Positions 19,475-29,600 of a stretch of DNA of 64,000 bases are shown here, in pieces. Under the pieces are notes generated by a model. That model worked only from the letters and a program-made list of their open reading frames with translations, ran no database searches and was not told the origin of the DNA. Source of the stretch: a virus; the IMG/VR virus record IMGVR_UViG_3300047454_000095, one strand, 5' to 3'. Position 1 is the first letter of the stretch; each line of letters starts with the position of its first letter. Position numbers and translations under genes: made by a program.

Positions 19475-20233
19475 TTAACCAATACTGAAACCGTAGCCTT
19501 GACCACCTGCAACCTGTAATTTTAGATCTTCTTCAAGTTTGTCCATTTCGGCTTGTGCTTCTGCTTTGAGTGCATCACCATTAAGTGTTGATCCACCCTG
19601 TGGTCCTGCGATTGTGGCAAATTTACTTCTTGCTTCTCCAAGCATAAACTTACATTTAGCAAGTGTGTAATCTTTGATCCATTGCTTTGCAAGATAGTCT
19701 GTAAGTATTTGGAAGTCTGGTCTGTAGTTGTATGCTTGTAATAATACCTGTTCGCCTGTTCTTGGTCTTTGTAGAACAGTTAATTTTTTAGTTGCTGTGT
19801 TCCAAGTAAATTCAATAAATGAACCAAACATTCTTCCTACAAGTTCTTGGTAACCAGCGAATAGATTGTATGTTGCTAAACCACCCATGTTAGAACTTGA
19901 TAACAAGTAAGTGTTTGTGTATGCTAAATTGAATGGCTCAAATAATGTTCCACCATCTCCGCCACCTGTTCTTGATCCAATTGAACGTCTAAACATCTGT
20001 CTAACTTCTACTACTTCATCTGGTAGTGTATATTCATTCTGGTCAAGTACCAACTCAAGAAACATATATGACTCTTCAACAGAATTATCACTTCTTTGAC
20101 GGAATTTGTCAAATGATGCTTTGATTGCTATTTCGTAATGTTCTGGATCAAGTTCAACATCAACCATGCCTCCGCCAAGCATAGCGTTTACATAATCGAA
20201 TACTTCTTGTTTTGCTGTTGTTATATTGGCCAT
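19475..20233 (-). CDS. gp13: Neck protein (gp13-like head-tail adaptor)
   Basis: LGGGMVDVEL, LGEARSKF, GPQGGSTLNGDAL. Confidence 0.85.
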   Translation of the reverse strand: MANITTAKQEVFDYVNAMLGGGMVDVELDPEHYEIAIKASFDKFRQRSDNSVEESYMFLELVLDQNEYTLPDEVVEVRQMFRRSIGSRTGGGDGGTLFEPFNLAYTNTYLLSSSNMGGLATYNLFAGYQELVGRMFGSFIEFTWNTATKKLTVLQRPRTGEQVLLQAYNYRPDFQILTDYLAKQWIKDYTLAKCKFMLGEARSKFATIAGPQGGSTLNGDALKAEAQAEMDKLEEDLKLQVAGGQGYGFSIG

Positions 20234-20252
20234 AATCTTTCGTCTCCATTAG

Positions 20253-20273
20253 TATTTATGCGTTCGATAAATA
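20253..20273. promoter_or_regulatory. Back-to-back late promoters (TAAATA on each strand)
   Basis: TAAATA on minus at 20253-20258 and on plus at 20268-20273, between divergent gp13 and gp14. Confidence 0.65.
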
Positions 20274-20281
20274 CAAGTACT

Positions 20282-21445
20282 ATGCCGAGAATAAGTTTAT
20301 ATAAACCCGAGAAGGGCAAAGACTACGATTTCCTTGATAAGACTATTACAGAGATGTTTACAGTCGGGGGAACCGACGTTTTTGTACACAAATACTTAGG
20401 TCCTAAGAATCCTGATGAAGCAGATGCTACACCTTCTGCTCCAAGATATGATGCTGTAAAAGAAACTAATATTCAAGACATGCTTTTCATGGAAAACCGT
20501 GATAGAAAGTATGATCCAGATATTTACGTTTTGCGTGGGATCTACAATGTACAAGATGTTGACTTTGATATGAGTCAGTTTGGTTTATTCTTAACCAACG
20601 ACACATTGTTTATGACTATTCCAATCAACTATAGTGTAAAAACACTTGGTAGAAAAATTATGCCAGGTGATGTATTTGAAATGCCACACTTAAAAGATGA
20701 ACATGCATTAAATGATTACCAAGTAGCACTAAAACGTTTCTATGTAGTTGAAGATGTAAACAGAGCGGCAGAAGGATTTTCACAAAGTTGGTATCCACAC
20801 TTGTACAGAGTCAAGATGAAGCAAATTGTTGACTCACAAGAGTTCAAGGATATACTTGATTTACCAACAGAAGAAGGTAGTTCACAAACATTACGTGATG
20901 TACTTTCTACATACGATAAAGAAATGCAAATTAACGATGCTATTCTTAATCAAGCAGAAGCAGACTCACCAGAATCTGGTTATGATACAACTTCATTATA
21001 CACATTACAAACAGATGCACAAGGTAAACCAGAACTTGTAACTGCCGACGAAGCAACAATTGACGCAAGTGTTAATGCCGGAAACTTAGATGCAAGTAGA
21101 GTAAATCAAACACCAGACAGAGAAGGTTACAGTGGTTACTTACTTGGCGATGGTATTCCACCAAATGGAGAAGCATTTGGACATGGTATAGGTTTCCCAA
21201 CAAACACAGCAAAAGGTGATTACTTTTTAAGGACTGATCTTATGCCAAATAGATTGTTTAGATTTGACGGACAACGTTGGGTCAAAATGGAAGATAAAGT
21301 ACGTATGACATTATCTAACAAAGATAATAGAAATACACATAAAACTGGATTCATTAATAATACTAATTCAGGAACCATTGCTGGTGAAACTATTCCAGAA
21401 AGACAAAGTTTAAGTAAAGCAATGAAACCAAAGGCGGATAATTAA
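20282..21445 (+). CDS. gp14: Neck protein (gp14-like) with C-terminal extension
   Basis: D-x-LF-x-ENRDRKYD, FGLFL, PGDVFEMP, WYPHLYRVK. Start moved to MPRISLY. Confidence 0.75.
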   Translation: MPRISLYKPEKGKDYDFLDKTITEMFTVGGTDVFVHKYLGPKNPDEADATPSAPRYDAVKETNIQDMLFMENRDRKYDPDIYVLRGIYNVQDVDFDMSQFGLFLTNDTLFMTIPINYSVKTLGRKIMPGDVFEMPHLKDEHALNDYQVALKRFYVVEDVNRAAEGFSQSWYPHLYRVKMKQIVDSQEFKDILDLPTEEGSSQTLRDVLSTYDKEMQINDAILNQAEADSPESGYDTTSLYTLQTDAQGKPELVTADEATIDASVNAGNLDASRVNQTPDREGYSGYLLGDGIPPNGEAFGHGIGFPTNTAKGDYFLRTDLMPNRLFRFDGQRWVKMEDKVRMTLSNKDNRNTHKTGFINNTNSGTIAGETIPERQSLSKAMKPKADN

Positions 21446-21615
21446 TGAAACACAATGTAGCAGGATTAATTTTTGGAATTTTAGGTGTAATTTTTTTAGC
21501 AAAAGATATGGGTATGCATGGGAATAGTTTATTTGGTGTTAGTGAAATGACATGGATGTGGTTTACAATGGCAGTTGTACATTTCTTCCTTAACGATTGT
21601 GGGTGTAAAAAATAA
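21445..21615 (+). CDS. 56-aa two-helix membrane protein
   Basis: Not in the ORF track. MKHNVAGLIFGILGVIFLAKDMGMHGNSLFGVSEMTWMWFTMAVVHFFLNDCGCKK; TAATG overlaps at both ends. Confidence 0.75.
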   Translation: MKHNVAGLIFGILGVIFLAKDMGMHGNSLFGVSEMTWMWFTMAVVHFFLNDCGCKK

Positions 21616-23033
21616 TGCAACATTTTTATGATGGACAGATAAGAAGATATATTACTCAGATGATTAGACTCATGAGTAATTTTTCTTACAAAGACGGTGA
21701 CGGTAAACTTACACAAGTTCCGGTAATGTACGGAGATATTACACGTCAGGTTGGTCATATTCTTAGAGATAACAGTGAAAACAAAATTCCAAGTGCGCCA
21801 CGTATAGGTGTTTACATTACAGGATTAGAATTAGATAGAGATAGACTTGCAGATGCTTCATTTGTTGGTAAAGTACACTTGCGTGAAAGAGATTATGACG
21901 AAACAAATAACGAATATTTAAACACACAAGGTAAAAATGTAACAGTAGAGCGTTTAATGCCTACACCTTACAAGTTAACTGTTTCCGCTGACATATGGTC
22001 AACTAACACAGAACAAAAATTACAAATTATGGAACAGATATTAATGCTGTTTAATCCAAGTTTAGAAATACAAACAACAGACAACTACATTGACTGGACA
22101 AGTTTAAGTGTAGTTGATTTAGAAAGTGTTAATTTTAGTAGTAGGTCAATGCCTACAGGTACTGAAAGCGAGATTGATGTTGGATCGTTAACATTTACTA
22201 CACCTATATACATTTCACCACCTGTCAAAGTTAAAAAACTTGGTGTTATAACAAACATTATAATGAGTATGTTTAACGAAGACACAGGTAACGTTGACCT
22301 TGGTGCTACTATGCCTGAACTTAAACGTTACAATGACGAATTCGGCGAAGGCGTGTTTATGGAAGACAAAGACGGAACTACTACACGTAAAGATACAGCA
22401 GGACTTGCCATTACAGCATACAATGATTACGATTTACTTGTGTTAGGTAACACTGCACAACTTATACATAGAGGTGTTGTTGGTAATACTAACTGGAATG
22501 GTTTCTTTGAAGCGTTACCAGGTACATTTAGATCAGGTCTAAGTCAACTACAATTAACAAGATTAGATATTAATCAAAGTGTCAACGGTACTGTTGCAGT
22601 TAATCCAACAGATGAAACAACATTAATTATTAATTGGGACGAAGATACTATTCCAAGTGATATGGTCCTTACTGGTTCAACAGGCGATAGGAATAAGATA
22701 GATTATATTATTGATCCAACTAACTTTAATCCAACTACTATTAAATCAAACGGTGTTAGAGTATTATTATTAGGTTCTATTGGTAGTGCAACAAATACTG
22801 ATGGTGCTGATGCTTGGAAAAACAATGACGGTACAGACTTTATTGCAAGTGAAAATGATATAGTAGAATGGACTGGTACAAAATGGCAAATACTGTTTGA
22901 TTCAAGTACAGTATCTGACATCAAATTTGTAACTAACCTAAATACAAGTATCCAATACAAATGGACAGGTACAGAATGGGTCAAATCCATTGAAGGCGAG
23001 TACCGGAATGGAGCGTGGCGCATACAATTTTAA
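21615..23033 (+). CDS. gp15: Tail terminator / sheath stabiliser (gp15-like) with C-terminal extra domain
   Basis: FYDGQIRRY, VPVMYG, PTPYKL, QIMEQILMLFNPS. Confidence 0.85.
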   Translation: MQHFYDGQIRRYITQMIRLMSNFSYKDGDGKLTQVPVMYGDITRQVGHILRDNSENKIPSAPRIGVYITGLELDRDRLADASFVGKVHLRERDYDETNNEYLNTQGKNVTVERLMPTPYKLTVSADIWSTNTEQKLQIMEQILMLFNPSLEIQTTDNYIDWTSLSVVDLESVNFSSRSMPTGTESEIDVGSLTFTTPIYISPPVKVKKLGVITNIIMSMFNEDTGNVDLGATMPELKRYNDEFGEGVFMEDKDGTTTRKDTAGLAITAYNDYDLLVLGNTAQLIHRGVVGNTNWNGFFEALPGTFRSGLSQLQLTRLDINQSVNGTVAVNPTDETTLIINWDEDTIPSDMVLTGSTGDRNKIDYIIDPTNFNPTTIKSNGVRVLLLGSIGSATNTDGADAWKNNDGTDFIASENDIVEWTGTKWQILFDSSTVSDIKFVTNLNTSIQYKWTGTEWVKSIEGEYRNGAWRIQF

Positions 23034-23045
23034 ATAATTACTTGT

Positions 23046-23486
23046 ATGAGCGACAAAATCAATTGCAGTGGTGCATTATTTTATGCACTAAAAACTAAAC
23101 GTTTTTTATTCTTACATAGAACTCAAAGCAAACAGAACAATGTTTGGGGTTTGGTAGGTGGCCGTGGTGCTGTTGACGAATCGCCTATTGATGCTTTACA
23201 TAGAGAAATCAAAGAAGAAATTGGTACTACACCAAAATCAGTAAAAACTATACCTTTAGAAACTTTTGTCAGCACCGACGAAAAGTTCAATTTCCATACA
23301 TACCTAATAGTTGTTAAAGAAGAATTTATTCCTGATCTAAATGAAGAACATGATGGTTATTCTTGGGCAAGTTTTAGTAAGTATCCAAAGCCTTTGCATC
23401 AAGGTTTAAGAAACACACTACAAAACAAAACTAATATTACAAAGTTGCAGACAGTGTTTGAGTTGATTGACATATTAGAGAGTTAA
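23046..23486 (+). CDS. NUDIX hydrolase
   Basis: Nudix box GG...ES...ALHREIKEEIG; LNEEHDGY. Confidence 0.9.
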   Translation: MSDKINCSGALFYALKTKRFLFLHRTQSKQNNVWGLVGGRGAVDESPIDALHREIKEEIGTTPKSVKTIPLETFVSTDEKFNFHTYLIVVKEEFIPDLNEEHDGYSWASFSKYPKPLHQGLRNTLQNKTNITKLQTVFELIDILES

Positions 23487-23487
23487 C

Positions 23488-24738
23488 ATGATAAAAGTTT
23501 ACGGCGACATAATGCTGGACAGTTGGATTATTGGGAAAGCCAGTAGAATTAGTCCTGAAGCGCCTGTACCAGTACTAAAAGAAATTGAAAGAAAAAACAG
23601 TATAGGTGGTGCGGCTAATCTTGCACTTAATCTTAGCAACATTGTTGACAACGTTTCTTTGTTTGGTGCAGTAGGTATGGACGACGAAGGTTTTGATGTT
23701 CTAAAAATACTTGAAACAACAAATAATATAGATTGTAGCATACAATCAGATGCAGAAATTACAACTACTAAAACAAGATTAGTAGGCCAACGTGGACAAC
23801 ACATCATGCGTTGGGATAAAGAGAAAAAATACAAAGGTAAAGCACAAGCAAGATTCCTTGAAAGTGTTAACGAAGAAGATATTGTATGTTTAAGTGATTA
23901 TAACAAAGGTACCATTGGTACACATTTAGTAGAAAAACTTAATAATAAAAAATGCAAAGTTTTAGTTGATCCTAAACAAGGACCAGAAGTATACAAAGGT
24001 GCATTTCTTGTGAAACCAAACATGAAAGAATACAAAACATGGTTTGGAAAATTTAATAGAGAAGTTGCTTTCTTTGCAATCAAAGAACATGGTTGGAAAT
24101 ATCTTGTAGTAACAGACGGTGCTAATGGTATACACGTTTTAAGTGATGAATTACAATATCAACACTACAAAGAACCTGTAAGAGAAGTTGCAGATGTAAC
24201 TGGTGCTGGTGATACTGTACTTGCCGTTATTGCTTATGGTATTAAAAGAGGTATGGATGTGTTTGCCGCATGTAAGTTAGCCTGTTATGCTGGTGCAAGA
24301 TCAGTAGAACACAGAGGTGTGTATGCAATACAAACAGAAGATTTAAAAAGACAAGTAGTTTGGACCAATGGCGTGTTTGATATACTACATGAAGGACATT
24401 TTAGACTGTTAAGACATGCAAGATCAAAAGGTAGAAAACTTATTGTAGGTATTAACAGCGATGCAAGTACAAAAAGACTCAAGGGAGAAGGCAGACCTAT
24501 TAACAATCAATTACAACGTAAAATGAATCTTGAACTTTTACCATGGATTGACGAAGTTGTAATATTTGATGAAGATACTCCCATTAATTGTATTGAAAGA
24601 TTTCAACCAGACTTAATTATTAAGGGTGGAGATTACACTGTTGAAACAGTTGTAGGTCATGAACTTGCAGAAGTAGAAATTTTTCCAACAGTAAAAGATC
24701 AATCAACAACAAGTATTATAGAGAAGATGAAAATATGA
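23488..24738 (+). CDS. hldE: Bifunctional heptose-7-phosphate kinase / heptose-1-phosphate adenylyltransferase
   Basis: RISPEAPVP, GGAAN, DVTGAGDT (PfkB-type kinase) fused to TNGVFDILHEGH, GINSDAS, KGGDY (nucleotidyltransferase). Confidence 0.92.
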   Translation: MIKVYGDIMLDSWIIGKASRISPEAPVPVLKEIERKNSIGGAANLALNLSNIVDNVSLFGAVGMDDEGFDVLKILETTNNIDCSIQSDAEITTTKTRLVGQRGQHIMRWDKEKKYKGKAQARFLESVNEEDIVCLSDYNKGTIGTHLVEKLNNKKCKVLVDPKQGPEVYKGAFLVKPNMKEYKTWFGKFNREVAFFAIKEHGWKYLVVTDGANGIHVLSDELQYQHYKEPVREVADVTGAGDTVLAVIAYGIKRGMDVFAACKLACYAGARSVEHRGVYAIQTEDLKRQVVWTNGVFDILHEGHFRLLRHARSKGRKLIVGINSDASTKRLKGEGRPINNQLQRKMNLELLPWIDEVVIFDEDTPINCIERFQPDLIIKGGDYTVETVVGHELAEVEIFPTVKDQSTTSIIEKMKI

Positions 24739-25559
24739 GAATTTTAGTTACAGGTTACCAAGGATTTATTGGTTCAAATGTAGCATCATACCTAAAAGCA
24801 AAAGGACATGATGTGGAAGGCTTCCCTTGGGAAATTAATAAGTTTCCAGATGCTCAACAATACGATAGAATTATACATTTGGGTGCAATTTCAAGTACAA
24901 CTGAACGTGATGTTGAAAAGATTATGCAACACAACTATGAGTACACAATGAAGTTGATTGAAATTTGTGATATGATGGGTACTTCTTTACAATATGCAAG
25001 TTCGGCAAGTGTGTATGGAGAACTAACACACTTTAGAGAGGACTTAGAGTTAGATCCTCGCAGTCCTTATGCTTGGACAAAGTACCTTGTTGATAGATTT
25101 GTAACACAACACCTAAATGAGTTTAGAGTTAACATACAAGGCTTTAGATATTTCAATGTTTATGGTCACGGAGAAGAACACAAAGGCGATATGATGAGCC
25201 CAATTAGTAAGTTTACTAAACAAGCCAAAGAAACTGGTGTTATAAAAGTGTTCGAAGGTAGTGGTAAGTTTAAACGTGATTTTATTTGTGTTGAAGATGT
25301 TGCAGTGATGCATGAAAAAATGCTTGATGTTGATAAAAGTGGTATTTGGAACATTGGTAGTGGCGTTGCTACTTCATTTTTACAAGTTGCACAAGTTATT
25401 GCAAACAAGTATGGTGCAAAGATTGAAGAAATACCAATGCCGGAAAACATTAAGGCACAATATCAAAAATATACGTGTGCTGACAATGACAAATTAAAAG
25501 AAACTATTGAGCATAAGTGCTTTAGTGTAGGAGAATGGGTAAATGGCCAACCAAACTGA
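24735..25559 (+). CDS. hldD: ADP-L-glycero-D-manno-heptose 6-epimerase-like SDR
   Basis: TGYQGFIG, HLGAISST, ASSASVYG, YAWTK, RYFNVYG; coupled to hldE. Confidence 0.85.
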   Translation: MRILVTGYQGFIGSNVASYLKAKGHDVEGFPWEINKFPDAQQYDRIIHLGAISSTTERDVEKIMQHNYEYTMKLIEICDMMGTSLQYASSASVYGELTHFREDLELDPRSPYAWTKYLVDRFVTQHLNEFRVNIQGFRYFNVYGHGEEHKGDMMSPISKFTKQAKETGVIKVFEGSGKFKRDFICVEDVAVMHEKMLDVDKSGIWNIGSGVATSFLQVAQVIANKYGAKIEEIPMPENIKAQYQKYTCADNDKLKETIEHKCFSVGEWVNGQPN

Positions 25560-26244
25560 TTGTAAAGTTGAATGGTGGAGCGTTGTTCCTGGACTTACTA
25601 AAGTCGAACCAATCAAAGATGCAACAAAATTCATGCCTGAATGGTTCAAACATGCACCTAAGTACTTGACTGAGGACTTTGCAGACAAAGGCACTATCAA
25701 GAACTGTCCTGGTTTCATAGATTTATATAAAAATGCGTATGTTGTACCTATGTGGTGCGACTTTCACATCAAAGCAGACAATAAAAACTTTGCATGGCAC
25801 TCAAGTAATGAAAACTTTACTATGAGCCTGCACACTGACAAGCAATTTTTAGAACATGCACCACAAAATGCCAAAGATGACTTTGTATGTGTTGCAAAAA
25901 CTGATTGTCCTTGGCGTGTGCGTACAAGTCCTGGCTGGGCAATGATGCAATTACCAATGTTTTATGATTTTAACGAATATTTTACGTGTATGCCTGGTAT
26001 AACACACACGGAATGGAGCCATCAGATTAACCAACAACTGTTAATCAAAAAAGAAGGCGAATTTTTGCTTGAAAAAGGCACTCCATTAGCAATGTACGTA
26101 CCAATAAAGATTGCAAACCTTGAAACTACGGTACAAGATGAAGATGAAGAAAAATATCGTGCAAGTTTTGTAAGTAATCTAATATTTCAGAGTAAGTTTA
26201 AAGGTGCTTACAAGAAATTTAAAGAAGTATGGAGTAAAAAATGA
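25543..26244 (+). CDS. Hypothetical protein
   Basis: 233 aa with TIKNCPG and KGTPLAMY segments; coupled to neighbours. Confidence 0.6.
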   Translation: MANQTDCKVEWWSVVPGLTKVEPIKDATKFMPEWFKHAPKYLTEDFADKGTIKNCPGFIDLYKNAYVVPMWCDFHIKADNKNFAWHSSNENFTMSLHTDKQFLEHAPQNAKDDFVCVAKTDCPWRVRTSPGWAMMQLPMFYDFNEYFTCMPGITHTEWSHQINQQLLIKKEGEFLLEKGTPLAMYVPIKIANLETTVQDEDEEKYRASFVSNLIFQSKFKGAYKKFKEVWSKK

Positions 26245-26645
26245 GTAGACTTGAAGGTAAAGTAGAAAAGGGTTGGGGCTACGAACTAATATGGGCAACA
26301 ACTGACAAGTATTGTGGCAAACTTATGGTATTTGAAAAAGCAGGCAAGAAATTCTCAATGCATTTTCATAAAGAGAAGGACGAATCATGGTTTGTCAACT
26401 CAGGACGCTTCGAAGTTAAATGGATTGATACAAAAGACGCTGTGTTATACAGCAAAGAATTAAATCCTGGGGATACATGGCACAATCCACCACTACAACC
26501 ACACCAGTTAATTGCTCTTGAAGACAATAGTAGTATTAGTGAAGTTAGTACTGCTGATTCAGTGGAAGATAATTACAGAATTATACCTGGTGATAGCCAA
26601 AAAGAAGTAATTAAGAAAAATTCTCCGCCACCCACAATGCCTTAG
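26241..26645 (+). CDS. Cupin-fold protein (sugar isomerase-like)
   Basis: KGWGYE, SMHFHKEKDESW, HQL, EVST cupin metal motifs. Confidence 0.75.
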   Translation: MSRLEGKVEKGWGYELIWATTDKYCGKLMVFEKAGKKFSMHFHKEKDESWFVNSGRFEVKWIDTKDAVLYSKELNPGDTWHNPPLQPHQLIALEDNSSISEVSTADSVEDNYRIIPGDSQKEVIKKNSPPPTMP

Positions 26646-29600
26646 GCTTGTGCTTCAGACCATCTAAGAATAACGTTACCAGTAATTGCCGCACCCGACG
26701 TTTTATAAACGTTAATGGCTAACACGTCTGGTCCATTCGGGAATGTACCCCTACCACCCAATGTAGTATTTGTAAGTTCTTTAATAAATGCAAGATCCAG
26801 CGTTGATCTTTCTCCAGGTTGTGCAATGAATGAGAAGATTGTTTCTCCTGGTTGTGCATATGGTGGATTTCTAAATATAAACGTTACAGTGCCAGCGGCA
26901 TTAATGGTTGTATTAGCGGACTGTGAGAAGTTAACCTTATAATAATAAGTTCCTGACGCTCCAAAACGTTCTTCTGTAATACTTGTTACCTGTGTACCTG
27001 ATGGCCAGTTACTATCTGAAGCCGCAACCTCTGTACCTGGTGTAACTCCTGCAGTATCTAAACTTGATTTATCTAAGTATAAGAAGTTAGAGTTAACAAA
27101 CGCATCACCTTGGTTGGATACTGTAAATGTAGTTGCAGTTCTGTTAATGTTTGCATTAGTATTATTACTAATTCTAATATAACCGTACTGTGATCCACTT
27201 GGAGCATATACCTGTGTTACTGTAGAGTTAGCAGGAATACTTGTACCTGTAATAGGTGCACCAAGAATATCGCTTGGATTATCAAATGCATCGTCAATGT
27301 TTGGTGAAGGTCCGTTATTACTACGTGCAATAAAGATGTAATTTCTATTACTTCTATTGTTATAAATTGTACTTGATAATAATGTTGCTGTTTGTTCGTC
27401 TTCTACTGTAACTGCTGTTGTAGTTTCTTGTGTATCTGAAGACCAGTTAACAGAACCACCTGGTGCAATCTGTGCGAAACTTGGTTGTCCACCTTGTGCA
27501 ACACCTGAAATACCTGCCCAACCAATATCATTTGGATTCAATGGATAGTTTTGTGGATTAAGCACACCTTCAATAACAATACCACCTGTGTCTGAACCTG
27601 CTGGTTGATCCGTTGTAACCTCAAGTCCTTCAAGTAGCAACTGTGCTCTGTTTAAAAGTTCTCTTTCTCCTAAGTCACCAACAAGTGCGTTACTAACACT
27701 TGGTGCCAATCTAATCAAGAAAGATGTATATCTTGTAGTACTAATACTAACACCTGTCGCTTTGTAACTGAATAAGTATCCTCTATCACTGTCAAATCCA
27801 CCGTCTGTAATAAACGCTGATCCCCAGTGTGATATGTTTGGACTAATTGTATTACTTACTAACACAACTCCTGTGTTTCTATCGTGTGTTGCCGCCACTC
27901 CGCCAGTGTATGTTCTTGTTGCACCTGATGCAAAGTTTGTCATCGGTGAACTTCTTGTACAACCTGTTAAATTTTTACCATCAACACCTGTGAAACGTAT
28001 CATCTCAGCATCAATGTAAACAATACCACCTTCGGGTGGGAAGAACGAAGCGTCTTGTAATGGTATAATAGTTTGTGAATCTGTAATATCACTTGCTAAT
28101 TTACCACTTGGACCTTCGTTTGTAATTTCATAACGTACAGGCATGTTACCTGTTCTCATAAATGCTTCTGTGTTAACGTTACTGTTACGCATTCTGTGAC
28201 AGAATACAAAGTTACCATCAGCACCACGTAGCATGTAGTCAATAAAACCAGCACCATACCATGAATACTGTATACCTACCATCTGCATTTTTGATATATC
28301 TAAGTTGTATCCACTTGGACCAGTACCGTCCATTCTATCTCTGTTAAAATCTTTCTGTTCTGTTTTCTTATCTTTAACTAAACAAATCTTACTTGCTTGT
28401 ACATCAGTAACACCTCTAAAGTCTGGTGTTAGATACATTGTTGTATTGTTAACAACCTGTGATACAACGTGTGTCATACCTTTTAACACAATTCTATCAC
28501 CTGCTTTTAATTGTTCTCTAAATCTTGTGTTAGTACCTGTACATGTGTTTGAGTCAACATTAATATTAACTGTACCTGCTAACTGTAATGTTGCAGTTCT
28601 TTGTACAGCACTAAATTGTGTTCCATCATATTCAAAGAAAATACCGTTCTGATCATCAAATGCTCCTGAACGTACAGTTGCACCGTGGAACTTGTTAACC
28701 GATACTTGACATTCTGATGTAAGTTCTGGTGTTGTACTTCCTAATGCACCTTGTGCAACAATCTCAAATGTATTTTCATCGTTGATATCTGTAACTGTAT
28801 ATGTGCCATTATAGCCTACAGTCTTAACACCAATGATTCTAACCACACCACCAATTTGTAATCCGTGTTCTGTTTCGTCAGTTGTTACTGTAATAATTGC
28901 ACCTTGAGCAGTACTTGCCGATGTAATATTAAGAATGTTATAACTTGGAGCAAACAAAGCACCCGTTGTATACATAATACCCTTACCTGACTGGTATCTA
29001 ATATACTTTTTACTCTGTCTAATTGCTTGTGACCCGTGTTGTGGTCCACCTGTTCCTAACTGCACACCACCATCATATGGTCTGTGTATAAAGAACGAAT
29101 CTGGTCTTGGATAAACGTTACCAATAATAGGTTCATCATTGTTAGTACCTGTATCAATGTTTCCTGGTGATCTACATTGGTATTCAAGTTGTGTTAAACT
29201 TGGAACTGCTGTAGCACTAAATGGTCCTGATGCAAGTTCATGATTGTTTACACCATCGCCTGATGTTGTTGTAACTGCAAAAGAGTTACCTGGAACAAGT
29301 CCATGTGGTGTTTGGAATGTAATTCTAATACTTGCTAATGCACTGTAAGTAACAACACTTGAGCCTGCAATAGGTGCTGTTGTTTCTTCTGACATTGTAA
29401 CAGAACTGTAAGTGTTTAATGTTTCACCTGAAACTGCTGTACCACTAACATTAATACCAACAAAGTCACCTTCTGTTGATTCTTGTGTACAACGTAATGT
29501 TAAATCGTTTGTAGGAGTAGCGCCACCAAGTTGATCACCTGGAATAATAATTCTGTTACCTACTTCATAACTTGATCCGTCATCAGTTGCAACAACAAGA

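Noticed and set aside
20138-20281. Longer ORF-track starts for gp14, gp17, gp18, TupA-like and uvsY
   Set aside because: The extensions overlap neighbouring genes, promoters or a terminator; downstream ATGs fit Shine-Dalgarno or promoter spacing better.
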